From the NCBI GenBank assembly GCA_937974275.1, contig CALJIF010000041.1, positions 36,498 through 100,497 on the forward strand: 64,000 nt of DNA, given 5' to 3'. Within the stretch, counting starts at the first letter, position 1, and every line of letters begins with the position of its first letter. The notes beneath the pieces are model-generated. The model searched no databases. It was given only the letters and a program-made list of their open reading frames with translations, and had not been told where the DNA came from. Position numbers and translations under genes: made by a program. The stretch is from an uncultured Flavobacteriales bacterium (GTDB taxonomy: Bacteria; Bacteroidota; Bacteroidia; Palsa-965). This document shows positions 9,900-19,638 of the stretch, piece after piece.

Positions 9900-12023
9900 T
9901 TACATTACGAAATCCTTTTCCTTCCACTGAAACTGCCTTGATCGAGCATTATAGTAAGCGAACTTACTATTTCGTTCCACGCGGTAAATTGTACCCGATA
10001 CGAGCGCTATCTTGTCCCAAACAGGCTGTAGTAAAATAGTACCCGATACGTCTGCAAGTCCTTTGCCGGAATCAGACTCAAGAGCTAAATAATTTGTAGC
10101 GATGTGATCAATACTGTTGTATGTGGCGGGCAAAATCCATTTACCACGCGCATCAATACAACCCACCAAACCATCTTTGCGAACACGCGCAACACCATCA
10201 GTGAATGACCATGCGTATTCATAATCGTAAGGGATTACCAGCTTCACCTGTTGATCAATAAATCCCCATTTTCCTTTCTTCTTTATCGGACAACGATTGT
10301 CAGCGAAAAAACCGACATCTTCATATTCTCTCGCTAGCACCGACTTGCCTGCCGTATCTATGATTCCCAATTTATTTTCAAGCAGGACTTTTGCGGTGCC
10401 GTGTTTGAATGAATTATCCCCTAACAACGCGCGATTATAATCGTACTTCATAGGAATTACCAATTCACCTGCACGATTGATATAACCGCAACTACCGTCT
10501 TGCACAACCAATGCACGATTATCACTGAACTCACCAATGAACTCATACTCGCATGCAGTAATGTACTTGCCTTCAGTATCTATTAATCCGAACAAATCGT
10601 TCTTCTGAACACGAGCAATTCCATTATTGAATTTGCCAACCCATTCATAAATAGTCGGAACTACTATTTTCCCGTAACGATCAATAAAACCGTAACCTGT
10701 GGAATCTTCTACGTACGCCAATCCTCCTGAAAAATCACCGCCCTTTTCGAACATGCAGCGTACCACTTCTTTCCCGGTTTGATCAATGTAACCGTGCTTA
10801 CCATTTCGCTCAACTCCTGCTCTGCCTTCAGAGAACTCGTAAATGGCATCATATTCAACCGGAACAATTAAAAATCCGGCTTTGTCTACAAGACCGAATT
10901 TCCGATTCAACTCTACAACAGCAACGCCTTTTCGAAATGAACTAACTTCATCATATTGAACCGGCACTAATAATTTGTTGCGCTTATTGATAAAACCGGC
11001 TTTCCCGTTTTTGCCAACTGCCGCCGCCCCTTCCTGAAAAACTTCAACCCATTCGTACTCACATGGAATTAGCACAGCTCCTGTGCTATCCGCAAAGCCC
11101 CAAAGTCCGTCTTCGCGTACCGGAAAAAATTCCGTCATCGACAAACGCAGATCTTCCGTTATCGTTTCTTTAAACGGAAAGTCAGGGTAATCAATCCAAA
11201 ATTGTGCAATGGTAGTTGAGGAACCATCCGCGGTGTACAAGCTGTATAACTTCATCCAGGCCTCGTCTCTATTACGATTGGTGGGATGTTTTCGGATAAA
11301 GGCACGGTAAGAATCAATATCCATTCCGCCCACAGACAATTTAAAAACGGCATCCTCTGCAACTCCTCGATACGGGCTTTCGGGATATTCAGCAACAAAA
11401 ATTTCATATGCCATTAATGAGCTATCCGCGGTTTTCGTTTCAAATAATACGCGATCGTAACGCGATTGGGCTTCCGAAAACAATAAGGACTTTGGATAAC
11501 GAAGCATAAAGTCATTATACGCCTCGTACGAATTAATTTTTTCCGCATCACGAAAAGCAAATGCATCACGGTTAACGATTGCAACAGAATCCCATCGCGA
11601 ATTGCAATGAATTTCGAGATAATTCTCCATCGCGGCCACTGTCGCTGTTTGCAAGGCTTGGGCTAATGCAACGGAATCAATTTGTGCTTCTAAATTTTTA
11701 ATAGCATTAAAATCAACACCCAACTTCAGCAAACGTTTTTTTTGTGCAGAAGAACTATTGGGATAAGAAAATTTCGCGGACAAGATTTGATTATGCGCAC
11801 GCGTATTATCCGAAAACGGGTTATCTCTTCGATGATAAATCAGCGCAAGACCATAACCACTTCCGGCCGGTTGACGCTTACTGCATTGTTGTAATAGTTT
11901 CCGTGCTTTGAAATAATCGTAACGTTCCAATGCATCGTAAGCGCGCTCTAATGTCCCGGCAAAAACACGAGAGGCACAGACAAGGAAACAAATTACAATT
12001 ACGATACGATTAAGCACGTCCAA
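9900..12023 (-). CDS. Large secreted WG-repeat (KWG) containing protein
   Basis: 707 aa. Signal peptide. The C-terminal two-thirds consists of more than 10 tandem WG repeats (…WGFADSTGAVLIPCEYEWV…, KFGLVDKAGFLIVPVEYDAI…, KHGYIDQTGKEVV…). Confidence 0.75.
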   Translation of the reverse strand: MDVLNRIVIVICFLVCASRVFAGTLERAYDALERYDYFKARKLLQQCSKRQPAGSGYGLALIYHRRDNPFSDNTRAHNQILSAKFSYPNSSSAQKKRLLKLGVDFNAIKNLEAQIDSVALAQALQTATVAAMENYLEIHCNSRWDSVAIVNRDAFAFRDAEKINSYEAYNDFMLRYPKSLLFSEAQSRYDRVLFETKTADSSLMAYEIFVAEYPESPYRGVAEDAVFKLSVGGMDIDSYRAFIRKHPTNRNRDEAWMKLYSLYTADGSSTTIAQFWIDYPDFPFKETITEDLRLSMTEFFPVREDGLWGFADSTGAVLIPCEYEWVEVFQEGAAAVGKNGKAGFINKRNKLLVPVQYDEVSSFRKGVAVVELNRKFGLVDKAGFLIVPVEYDAIYEFSEGRAGVERNGKHGYIDQTGKEVVRCMFEKGGDFSGGLAYVEDSTGYGFIDRYGKIVVPTIYEWVGKFNNGIARVQKNDLFGLIDTEGKYITACEYEFIGEFSDNRALVVQDGSCGYINRAGELVIPMKYDYNRALLGDNSFKHGTAKVLLENKLGIIDTAGKSVLAREYEDVGFFADNRCPIKKKGKWGFIDQQVKLVIPYDYEYAWSFTDGVARVRKDGLVGCIDARGKWILPATYNSIDHIATNYLALESDSGKGLADVSGTILLQPVWDKIALVSGTIYRVERNSKFAYYNARSRQFQWKEKDFVM

Positions 12024-12119
12024 AAATACGATCCTGCATGACGGCAGAAAACAACCTGTCCATGATGTTATTCAACATTTTTCCAATAACTGCGTTTACT
12101 TATTATCTAACTTTGTGGC

Positions 12120-12314
12120 ATGAAATTCAGCAGTGGTCAGATAGGGTTTATCATATTTTTCATTGTTGCTTTTATTGGCGGGCTAGTCTGGGCTTACAGT
12201 AAGGATAAAATCACCAACTCGAAATACTATCCCGGGGCGTGGAAAATGATTATTTATGTAATCGCCGGCTTTATCGGGTTATTTTTAATGATTAAAGCGG
12301 CCAAAAGTTTTTAA
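12120..12314 (+). CDS. Small 2-TM membrane protein, hypothetical
   Basis: 64 aa with two hydrophobic helices. There is no recognisable family, and the coding call is weak. Confidence 0.35.
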   Translation: MKFSSGQIGFIIFFIVAFIGGLVWAYSKDKITNSKYYPGAWKMIIYVIAGFIGLFLMIKAAKSF

Positions 12315-12439
12315 TCAATAAAACGAGACGATTAATCTGCCTTTTTTTTCGACGAACTGCTGTAATTTTCGATAAAAGCATTGTTTTGCTTTTGCGTATG
12401 ACCTACCTTCGTAATCTGATAACGTTAAAATTATCATCA

Positions 12440-13234
12440 ATGAAGAATTTGTTTGTCCTCTTTTTCCTTTTGTGCCTTCCTACGGTCGTTGTGTTTGGTA
12501 ATTCCGGAACCTTGATGGTGGAAGGAAAATACCAAAGCAAGAACGTGTACATACAAAACGCGTTTAACCAAAACGGCGTGGGCTTTTGTGCGTATGAAGT
12601 TCGCGTGAATGGGAAAGTGACTACAGACGAGGTGAATTCTTCCGCTTTTGAAATTGATTTGCGTCCGTTTAATTTGAATCCGGGAGATCCTGTCACCATA
12701 CAGATTTTCCACAAAAATGGTTGCGCACCGAAAGTATTAAATCCTGAAGCATTAAAACCGCGCCCAACATTTACAACCAAATCAATTAATATTTCGAATA
12801 CCGGATTGCTAACATGGACTACTACAGGCGAACAAGGATCACTTGTTTTTGTGGTGGAACAATATCGTTGGAACAAATGGGTATTTGTGGGCGAAGTTCA
12901 AGGCAACGGCACTGCAACTGAAAACACTTATAACTTCCAGGTATCAGCGCATTCGGGAGAAAATAAATTTCGCGTAAAGCAGGTAGGTTTTGGTAAGGAA
13001 GTTCGTTATTCTCCTGAAGTAAAATTCACACCTGATGCGCAGCCTAAGTTAACATTCAACCACAACGCATCGAAGAGCAACATTACGTTCAGCGGAGAGA
13101 CGATGTATGAGATGTACGATATGTACGGGAACGTGGTGTTAAAAGGTTTTGGCAAAAGCGCCGATCTGACCGGTTTTAACAAAGGTATCTACTACCTCTG
13201 CTTCGATAATGAAGTAGTTGAAGTTGCGCTGTAA
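12440..13234 (+). CDS. Hypothetical secreted protein
   Basis: Internal start MKNLFVLFFLLCLPTVVVFG is a signal peptide (track ORF starts at 12386). No recognisable domain. Confidence 0.5.
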   Translation: MKNLFVLFFLLCLPTVVVFGNSGTLMVEGKYQSKNVYIQNAFNQNGVGFCAYEVRVNGKVTTDEVNSSAFEIDLRPFNLNPGDPVTIQIFHKNGCAPKVLNPEALKPRPTFTTKSINISNTGLLTWTTTGEQGSLVFVVEQYRWNKWVFVGEVQGNGTATENTYNFQVSAHSGENKFRVKQVGFGKEVRYSPEVKFTPDAQPKLTFNHNASKSNITFSGETMYEMYDMYGNVVLKGFGKSADLTGFNKGIYYLCFDNEVVEVAL

Positions 13235-13864
13235 TTAAGATTTCAACAGCATTTCCAGTTCACGGACAATCATTGCCGTAGCTCCCCACAAAATTTCTTG
13301 CTCTACCAAATAGCATGGCGCGTTAACCCACATGTTGGGGCCGACCGGGATTTTGCGCGTTGTTTTCGCATCAGGAGAAAACAGTTCCTCCAGAGTTGGC
13401 GTCAATATTCTCTGCACTTCGCGACTATCCGGATTCCATATTGGAGTATCCTCCAATACCGCAACAAAAGGATGCACCAGGTAATTGCTCACGGGAATAT
13501 ACACCTTGCTTAATTCGCCCAGAACGTGTGCCTCGTTAATTCCTGTGCCGGTTTCTTCTTGCCATTCGCGGATTGCAGTGAACATCAACGTGCCGTCTTC
13601 GGGCTCCATTTTTCCACCGGGAAGTGCTATTTGTCCACTGTGCACACCATCGTAATCAGGGCGTTTCATGAGCGTGAGTTTCCATTGCTCATCATAAAAC
13701 AAACCAATAGTGACCGCGCTTAGTTTATGATTGAGTCCCCGCTGTAAATAATCATTTGTGGTAACGCGTGCCCTTGAGGTCATGTCAAAATGCGCACGAT
13801 CGCCGGGAAGTTCATCTTTAAGTTTTGCTGACAATAATTCCACTAACTCCTCACGACTCCACAT
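13235..13864 (-). CDS. NUDIX hydrolase, CoA pyrophosphatase-like
   Basis: Nudix box GGKMEPEDGTLMFTAIREWQEETG. Upstream LTLMKRP...IALPGG resembles the CoAse motif. Confidence 0.75.
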   Translation of the reverse strand: MWSREELVELLSAKLKDELPGDRAHFDMTSRARVTTNDYLQRGLNHKLSAVTIGLFYDEQWKLTLMKRPDYDGVHSGQIALPGGKMEPEDGTLMFTAIREWQEETGTGINEAHVLGELSKVYIPVSNYLVHPFVAVLEDTPIWNPDSREVQRILTPTLEELFSPDAKTTRKIPVGPNMWVNAPCYLVEQEILWGATAMIVRELEMLLKS

Positions 13865-13876
13865 CTCTCTTTTTTT

Positions 13877-14881
13877 CTAATATGTCCCATTTTGCTCTTC
13901 AGGAGGAGCAATACGCACCATCATTCCGGGGGTTAAGCGCACATAACCTTCCCAGCCGTTCCAGGCTTTCAACTGTTTAATAGAAACCGCATAACGTTGC
14001 GAAACTTTACTGAGATTATCGCCTTTTTTCACCAGATGCGTACATAGGCCAACAGGATGCACGGCATATCCGTAGCGTGTTCGGATCAACTCGATCTTGT
14101 TTGCATTTAGCTTTCTGGTGTCCCAATCAATAATAAAATACGGATCGATAGCAACGCCCCTGAAACGCATTTCGAAATGTAAATGAGTGCCGGTAGAATG
14201 TCCCGTTGAACCACCAAGCCCCAGCAACTGTCCGCTCGTAACGATATCACCCGGCTTCACCTTTATTTTCCACAAATGCGCATAAACGGTTTCCAATCCG
14301 TTGTAATGTCGCACAATGACAACATTACCATAGCCTCCACCTCGTCCTGCAAACCGCACCATTCCGCCGAAAGCACTTCTTACCGTATCGCCGCGATTCA
14401 AATCGATATCAATTCCGCGATGAAAAGCAGAATCACGGTATCCATACTTTGAAGTTACCACTCCGGAAAACGGATAGGTAAAATCACCACTAATCTGTGG
14501 CGATAAATCCAGTTCCGTAATTTGCTCGGATTTATACAGTGAATCGCGATAGGGAAACAATATGGTCGTATTCCAAACACCATAAAAGCGGTGCGCAGGC
14601 CAGAATGCAAAACCCGATTGAAACTGATTTTTAGGATTCATGGCATTCAATTCGTCGAGGCGTGTTCTGATTGCCACAAAAGCACAGGAATCTTTCGTAC
14701 CCGATTCAAACAGCGAATCCAGCATGAGTATCAATTCGGGTTCACTCAACTCATAAATTGAACCTGTTTCATACCCATGGTGTCCATCATCAAAGACGAC
14801 AGTAGAATCCTGTCCGAACAGCGGTGACAAGTTCAGGGTCGACAAGAAGATGACGACTATACCGAATAGACGATGACGCAT
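13877..14881 (-). CDS. M23 family metallopeptidase with a C-terminal LysM domain (paralogous architecture to 8668-9894)
   Basis: FHRGIDIDLNRGDTV...GSTGHSTGTHLHFEMRFRG is M23. C-terminal HLVKKGDNLSKVSQRYAVSIKQLKAWNGW...LTPGMMVRI is LysM. N-terminal signal peptide. Confidence 0.8.
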   Translation of the reverse strand: MRHRLFGIVVIFLSTLNLSPLFGQDSTVVFDDGHHGYETGSIYELSEPELILMLDSLFESGTKDSCAFVAIRTRLDELNAMNPKNQFQSGFAFWPAHRFYGVWNTTILFPYRDSLYKSEQITELDLSPQISGDFTYPFSGVVTSKYGYRDSAFHRGIDIDLNRGDTVRSAFGGMVRFAGRGGGYGNVVIVRHYNGLETVYAHLWKIKVKPGDIVTSGQLLGLGGSTGHSTGTHLHFEMRFRGVAIDPYFIIDWDTRKLNANKIELIRTRYGYAVHPVGLCTHLVKKGDNLSKVSQRYAVSIKQLKAWNGWEGYVRLTPGMMVRIAPPEEQNGTY

Positions 14882-14995
14882 TTTGGATTGAGGTGTTACT
14901 TAAAATTACCCATTTATTTGAAAATCACAACAAAACGGGCATAAGATTTGCGCTATCGCTATCATTAATGTAAATTGCGCTAAATAATACGGAAT

Positions 14996-15343
14996 ATGAA
15001 AAATCTATTGACTCTATTTCTATTTGTAGTAACTATTGGAGTTGCACAAGCACAAAATGCTCAGGTTGATCCAATTCGCGATCGCGCGCATCAGCAAGCA
15101 GTGCGTATGCAGAAGGTTGTTGCATTGACTCCGGAACAAACTACTAAAGTGGAAGAAATATTTTTCCAAAGAGCCACTGCAGTGGAAGCTGTCAACAACA
15201 ATGCTGCACTTTCTCCTGAACAAAAAGCTGCTGAGGTTGCTAAAATCAAGCGTGAAAAGGAAACAGAATTACAAGCCGTTTTAACACCTGAACAGTACCA
15301 GAAGTATCAGGAAATGCGCGAGGAACGCAAGAAGGGAAAATAA
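14996..15343 (+). CDS. Periplasmic LTXXQ-motif protein (Spy/CpxP-like, DUF4890-type)
   Basis: Signal peptide, two LTPEQ motifs (VALTPEQTTKV, AVLTPEQYQKY), helical and Lys/Glu-rich. Confidence 0.5.
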   Translation: MKNLLTLFLFVVTIGVAQAQNAQVDPIRDRAHQQAVRMQKVVALTPEQTTKVEEIFFQRATAVEAVNNNAALSPEQKAAEVAKIKREKETELQAVLTPEQYQKYQEMREERKKGK

Positions 15344-15358
15344 TACCAACTACTATAG

Positions 15359-15398
15359 AAAAAGCTCCGCATGTTGTAATGCGGAGCTTTTTTATTTT
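15359..15398. terminator. Bidirectional rho-independent terminator between convergent genes
   Basis: aaagctccgcat-gttgta-atgcggagcttt followed by TTTTATTTT on the plus strand. It sits directly after the stop of the minus-strand acyltransferase gene. Confidence 0.7.
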
Positions 15399-16141
15399 GT
15401 AACGGCTGCTTCCCACCTGTACTCGGGAGATTGCTCAATCGCTTTCATTATATCGGCTAGCACTTCATCTGCATTTTCAGAACCGTCGAAATGCAGTGGT
15501 GCTTTAAACCTTACGGTAAGCGTAATACCTTTCTTCTTCAACAATAGTCCTTTCTTATTAAATGCGCGTCGAAATCCGTCAATAACCACGGGTACTACAA
15601 CAGGATTGTATTTTTTGACCAACAGCGCAACGCCACGTCGGCCGGGCGCATAAACTTTAGTAGTTCCTTGCGGAAAATTAATCAGCCAACCATTTTCCAA
15701 TGCAATACCGATATTCGTTAAATCGTCCATCCGCACTTTGCGTTTTACATCCTGATTGCCATCACGCCATGTGCGTTGAATGGAAACAGACCCTACGTAT
15801 GCAAAAACTCTGGGCAACCAACCCTTTTTCATCGTTTCCTCTGCAGCTACAAAATACGTGTCGTGCTTAGGACGCATCAAATAAAACGGATTCTTCAAAC
15901 TGTTGCTCCTGCCGTTTTTGGCTGCACAAAACACATGCAACATGGCAATGACATCTGCGAAATACGTTTGGTGATTGGAGACAAAAAGTACGTTATGTTC
16001 AGGCAGCGACTCAAGAATTTCTCCACCTTCAATTTTTACGTTATTAATTCTTGCGTAACGTCGCCAAGTAAACCAGCCGATTGAGCTGATCAAGAACTTC
16101 TTTATAAAGATGACATGACCAAAAGGGTCGCGACGAAACAT
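15392..16141 (-). CDS. 1-acyl-sn-glycerol-3-phosphate acyltransferase (PlsC/LPLAT family)
   Basis: HX4D motif in FVSNHQTYFADVIAM. FPQGTT(K) is motif III. 249 aa. Confidence 0.75.
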   Translation of the reverse strand: MFRRDPFGHVIFIKKFLISSIGWFTWRRYARINNVKIEGGEILESLPEHNVLFVSNHQTYFADVIAMLHVFCAAKNGRSNSLKNPFYLMRPKHDTYFVAAEETMKKGWLPRVFAYVGSVSIQRTWRDGNQDVKRKVRMDDLTNIGIALENGWLINFPQGTTKVYAPGRRGVALLVKKYNPVVVPVVIDGFRRAFNKKGLLLKKKGITLTVRFKAPLHFDGSENADEVLADIMKAIEQSPEYRWEAAVTK

Positions 16142-16301
16142 ACTTTAAGGTTAAACAAATCCGGTGTTGTGAAGATACGATTTCCATCCGCTTGGAAAAT
16201 TCGAGGTAGACCGGACTTTATCACCGGCAACGTTTAATAAAATTCTATCTCAACATTGCTGAGCAACATCCAGAAGCGACTTGGATTTATACCTTTGTGC
16301 C

Positions 16302-17837
16302 ATGCGAAAAATGCTGACTATCATTGGAATTGCGCTTCTCATTGCCGGGGCATCGTGGATGATTGTAAGATATCTGTTTCTGAAGCAGGAATTTCCGAAT
16401 CATGCATTATACATTCCTAAAGATGCATTCGCTGTTGCAACAATAAATCTGAAAGCACTGGCACTAGATTCCAAAGAAATGATTTCGGAAGAATCTAATT
16501 CCACTGCATCAACCATCAGCCCTCTGAGCCCGATAAAGGATATCATCATGAATAAAGACTGCGGAGGAATTGATATCACGCAATCTGTGTTGGGTTTCTC
16601 TTGGCAGGAAGGTGAAGATGCATACGTAGGCGCAATAGCACAATTGAAAGACAGCGCTTTGCTTGGCAACTTACTTCGGTCGGAGGATTTTGCTCTTCCA
16701 TTATATCCGGAAGCCGGCAATTCAACGGTTTTACGCGTTGATACGGGCTCTGCAACCATCACGTACAATGCTAAAGTTGTAGTTTGGGCTATGCCGCTAA
16801 GTCACACAGAATACACCAACACGCGCAATGCTGTTGCGAAGCTGCTGCAGCAAACCGAAGCGCAGTCTATAATTTCCAACGAGAATTTCCGTCAGCAGCA
16901 AAGTCAGCAATTTGACGTAGCGTTATGGATGAACAGTGAACGATTTCTAAACTTCTCCGATTACGCCGGCATTATGTATACCCAGTTGTACAACACGCAA
17001 TATGTTTCATTTCTGCTTCAGTTTCGCGAAGGAGAGATTGCTGTGCAGCAACAATTGTATCGTACCAACGGAGCAGCACAGCCCGAACCACTCAGTAATT
17101 TACCGATAGACGGCAACAATTTCTTAGGGATGATTAATTATTACATGGATTTGAATTCCGAGCAATTGAAATCTTCCTGGGGCAAGTTACCTCCATTGGA
17201 TCAGTTGCCATTGGGAGATGAAGAGATTGCACAACTGTTGCCTGAATTAACGGGACGTGCGACATTGTTGTGGTATGACACCGCTTCTATCTATGTCAAT
17301 TATGAACGTGATGATTACTTTACCGGCGACAAAGAAATGATTCGCAAGAAGAAAATCTATTTACCCACGGCAGCAACGTACGAAATTAAAGATGCACAGA
17401 AGGTAAAACTACTGGTGGATGGATGGATGCAAAAAGACAGTGCCGAACGTGTGGGATCGGGATGGAGAACAAGAGATCAAATTCCGATGAATGTTTTTAT
17501 TGAAAATAATCAGCTCACGGTTTCTGATTTATCAATAGGTGATTACAAATTGCGACCAAAACCTGTGGCTTTAGGAAATATGAGCGCGTTCATTGATTTA
17601 GAAAAAACAATAAAACGTTCGCCGTGGACTATTCTGTCTTATTTTATACCTAACGATCAGGCTGTCATTGAGAATGCGGGGAATTTATTTACCAACTACG
17701 AATCCAGCACTACTGTTGAACATGAGAACAACAAGTTGGTACGTGACATTCGCATTAAAATGAAAAACGGCAAAACGAATGCGCTTGTACAGCTGCTTCG
17801 CTTTGCCGATACCAATAAGTTTCGCTTGTTCTACTAA
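16302..17837 (+). CDS. Hypothetical N-terminally anchored or exported protein (~510 aa), possibly a DUF4836-like Bacteroidota family
   Basis: MRKMLTIIGIALLIAGASWMIV is a TM/signal helix. No catalytic motifs recognised. Confidence 0.5.
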   Translation: MRKMLTIIGIALLIAGASWMIVRYLFLKQEFPNHALYIPKDAFAVATINLKALALDSKEMISEESNSTASTISPLSPIKDIIMNKDCGGIDITQSVLGFSWQEGEDAYVGAIAQLKDSALLGNLLRSEDFALPLYPEAGNSTVLRVDTGSATITYNAKVVVWAMPLSHTEYTNTRNAVAKLLQQTEAQSIISNENFRQQQSQQFDVALWMNSERFLNFSDYAGIMYTQLYNTQYVSFLLQFREGEIAVQQQLYRTNGAAQPEPLSNLPIDGNNFLGMINYYMDLNSEQLKSSWGKLPPLDQLPLGDEEIAQLLPELTGRATLLWYDTASIYVNYERDDYFTGDKEMIRKKKIYLPTAATYEIKDAQKVKLLVDGWMQKDSAERVGSGWRTRDQIPMNVFIENNQLTVSDLSIGDYKLRPKPVALGNMSAFIDLEKTIKRSPWTILSYFIPNDQAVIENAGNLFTNYESSTTVEHENNKLVRDIRIKMKNGKTNALVQLLRFADTNKFRLFY

Positions 17838-18272
17838 CTAGCCCTGAATGTTATCCAGTTGGGTCATTAGCTTTGACTGCTTCTCCACTTTTGCAAACGT
17901 CTCCTTCTCTACATTTAATACAGCCTTACGAGCCTGAGCGAGAACTTTGTTTCCTGCAGGTGTAATATTCACGAGGATGGCGCGCGAGTCCATTTTACTC
18001 GGCTTACGCTGAATCAATTTTCTCGTCGCCAGGTGACGCAATACTTTTGACGTCATCATGTGATCTGTTTGTGCGTATTCGGATAACTTCGATTGAGAAA
18101 TTCCGGCAGAAGCATCAGGCGCAGCAGCCAAATGTTCCAACAATAAATATTGTACGTGCGTAACTCCCAAAGGATCTAACGCCGCTTTCATGTTACGCTG
18201 CCAGGTGTTGCTGGCTTGCCAAATTTTAAAACCTAAATAAGCAGGACCGTTGTTCTTCTTAGACTTCGCCAT
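17838..18272 (-). CDS. MarR family transcriptional regulator
   Basis: Winged-helix segment ...HVQYLLLEHLAAAP...SQSKLSEYAQTDHMMTSKVLRHLATRKLIQRKPSKMDSRAILVNITPAGNKVL. Confidence 0.8.
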   Translation of the reverse strand: MAKSKKNNGPAYLGFKIWQASNTWQRNMKAALDPLGVTHVQYLLLEHLAAAPDASAGISQSKLSEYAQTDHMMTSKVLRHLATRKLIQRKPSKMDSRAILVNITPAGNKVLAQARKAVLNVEKETFAKVEKQSKLMTQLDNIQG

Positions 18273-18400
18273 AGTTCGATTAAGGGGTTAAAGTATGCGC
18301 AAAGATATATTTTATTCATTCAGCGCAAATTACTAACTCGTTAGTTGTTAGCTAAATACATGCCTGATAAAGACGTATTCTTCACACTTCATAAGCGCGC

Positions 18401-18991
18401 TTACATATCAGTTTCCAACCCTAAAGCCACGCCCGCTCTAACGCCCCACTTTTCCATTCCGGGTGATGGTGCATAGATCCATGTAGCTGCAGCAAACGGC
18501 GCCAAATAAATATCCCAAGTGCCAACGGTTTTGCGCATTTTACCGCGCACCATAAAATTGCAGGACATTTTAGCTTTCTCGTAATACGGATCACGTCTGT
18601 ACCAATACGACACACCCAATGGATTTACGGAGACATGCGTTGGAAATTTTCCGGTTGTGGTGTAATAACCGATTCCTTCCGGCAAAACGGTCATTAACAA
18701 ACCCAGAGCAGACAGCCAGCGTCCACCATTGGAATTGGCCAACAACCATCCTCCCCCAATCGCACCTGCCGGAGCATGAACGAAAAGTCCTTCCGGTTGA
18801 CGCGGCCCAATTCCGGCTTGATAGTTCAAGGTAAAACGCTCCGCGAATGGGAAATGAATCATCAATCCATACGATTGCTGCGCACGATCGCCAAGTTGAA
18901 AGTGCTCTCCGTAAATTCCGATATCAAGAACATCCTGTGCGTAACAGCAACGAATGCTTAATGCAATAATCAAGGTTAATACGAATCTCAT
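18401..18991 (-). CDS. Hypothetical secreted or outer-membrane protein (Gly/aromatic-rich, beta-rich)
   Basis: Signal peptide MRFVLTLIIALSIRCCYAQ. The start overlaps the stop of the upstream esterase gene (ATGA-type coupling). Confidence 0.45.
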   Translation of the reverse strand: MRFVLTLIIALSIRCCYAQDVLDIGIYGEHFQLGDRAQQSYGLMIHFPFAERFTLNYQAGIGPRQPEGLFVHAPAGAIGGGWLLANSNGGRWLSALGLLMTVLPEGIGYYTTTGKFPTHVSVNPLGVSYWYRRDPYYEKAKMSCNFMVRGKMRKTVGTWDIYLAPFAAATWIYAPSPGMEKWGVRAGVALGLETDM

Positions 18992-19638
18992 GGGATGATA
19001 AATTTCGAAAAAATATCCTGCATTGTTGCAGTATGAATTTCATGTTCCCCTTCAAATTTAACGTGATGTAAATCCGGATGACCTTCGCGCATCAGTTTCA
19101 ATTGTGTTGCAGCTTCATCGTCGGAGATAAATCTATCATTACTTGCAGTAACAACGGTTAACTCTGCTTTTTGGTCCAACTGCATTTGCACATCAGGAGG
19201 AAAAAATGCGCACCATAGTATTAACCGATCCGGATTAAAATTACCGGCACTCACCCATCTTGCTGCCGTAGCTCCTCCTTGTGAAAATCCTAACACAACT
19301 TCCTTCTCAAGATTCGGAAATTTCGCTGTAATAGCAGCTCTCACATCACTCAAATAAGAAACATAATCGCGGATATCATTTTCACGATCTTCCTTTGTCA
19401 TCCAAGAAGCAACGACAGTCCCTGCGCCTCCCCGTGCATAAAAACGATGTAATCCCTCCGGAGCAATGATAGCGATAGAATTACCGGAAACAGGTTCAAA
19501 TTGTGTCAGAAATTCAGAAGCTGCTTGAGCATATCCGTGCAACACATACACTACACATTTAACCTCGGCGGGCGATTTTGACTCCAAACTAAAATATCTG
19601 GCGGTCTTTTGTACCGCAATAGTATAGGACTGTATCAT
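18988..19638 (-). CDS. Alpha/beta hydrolase (phospholipase/carboxylesterase family)
   Basis: GFSQGG nucleophile elbow. 216 aa. The start overlaps the stop of the upstream serine hydrolase gene. Confidence 0.7.
   Translation of the reverse strand: MIQSYTIAVQKTARYFSLESKSPAEVKCVVYVLHGYAQAASEFLTQFEPVSGNSIAIIAPEGLHRFYARGGAGTVVASWMTKEDRENDIRDYVSYLSDVRAAITAKFPNLEKEVVLGFSQGGATAARWVSAGNFNPDRLILWCAFFPPDVQMQLDQKAELTVVTASNDRFISDDEAATQLKLMREGHPDLHHVKFEGEHEIHTATMQDIFSKFIIP

Noticed and set aside
12403-12876. Minus-strand ORFs (157 and 91 aa) overlapping the secreted-protein gene 12440-13234
   Set aside because: They overlap a plus-strand gene that has a clear signal peptide, and they lack features. Their translations are rich in basic and low-complexity residues, typical of an antisense frame.
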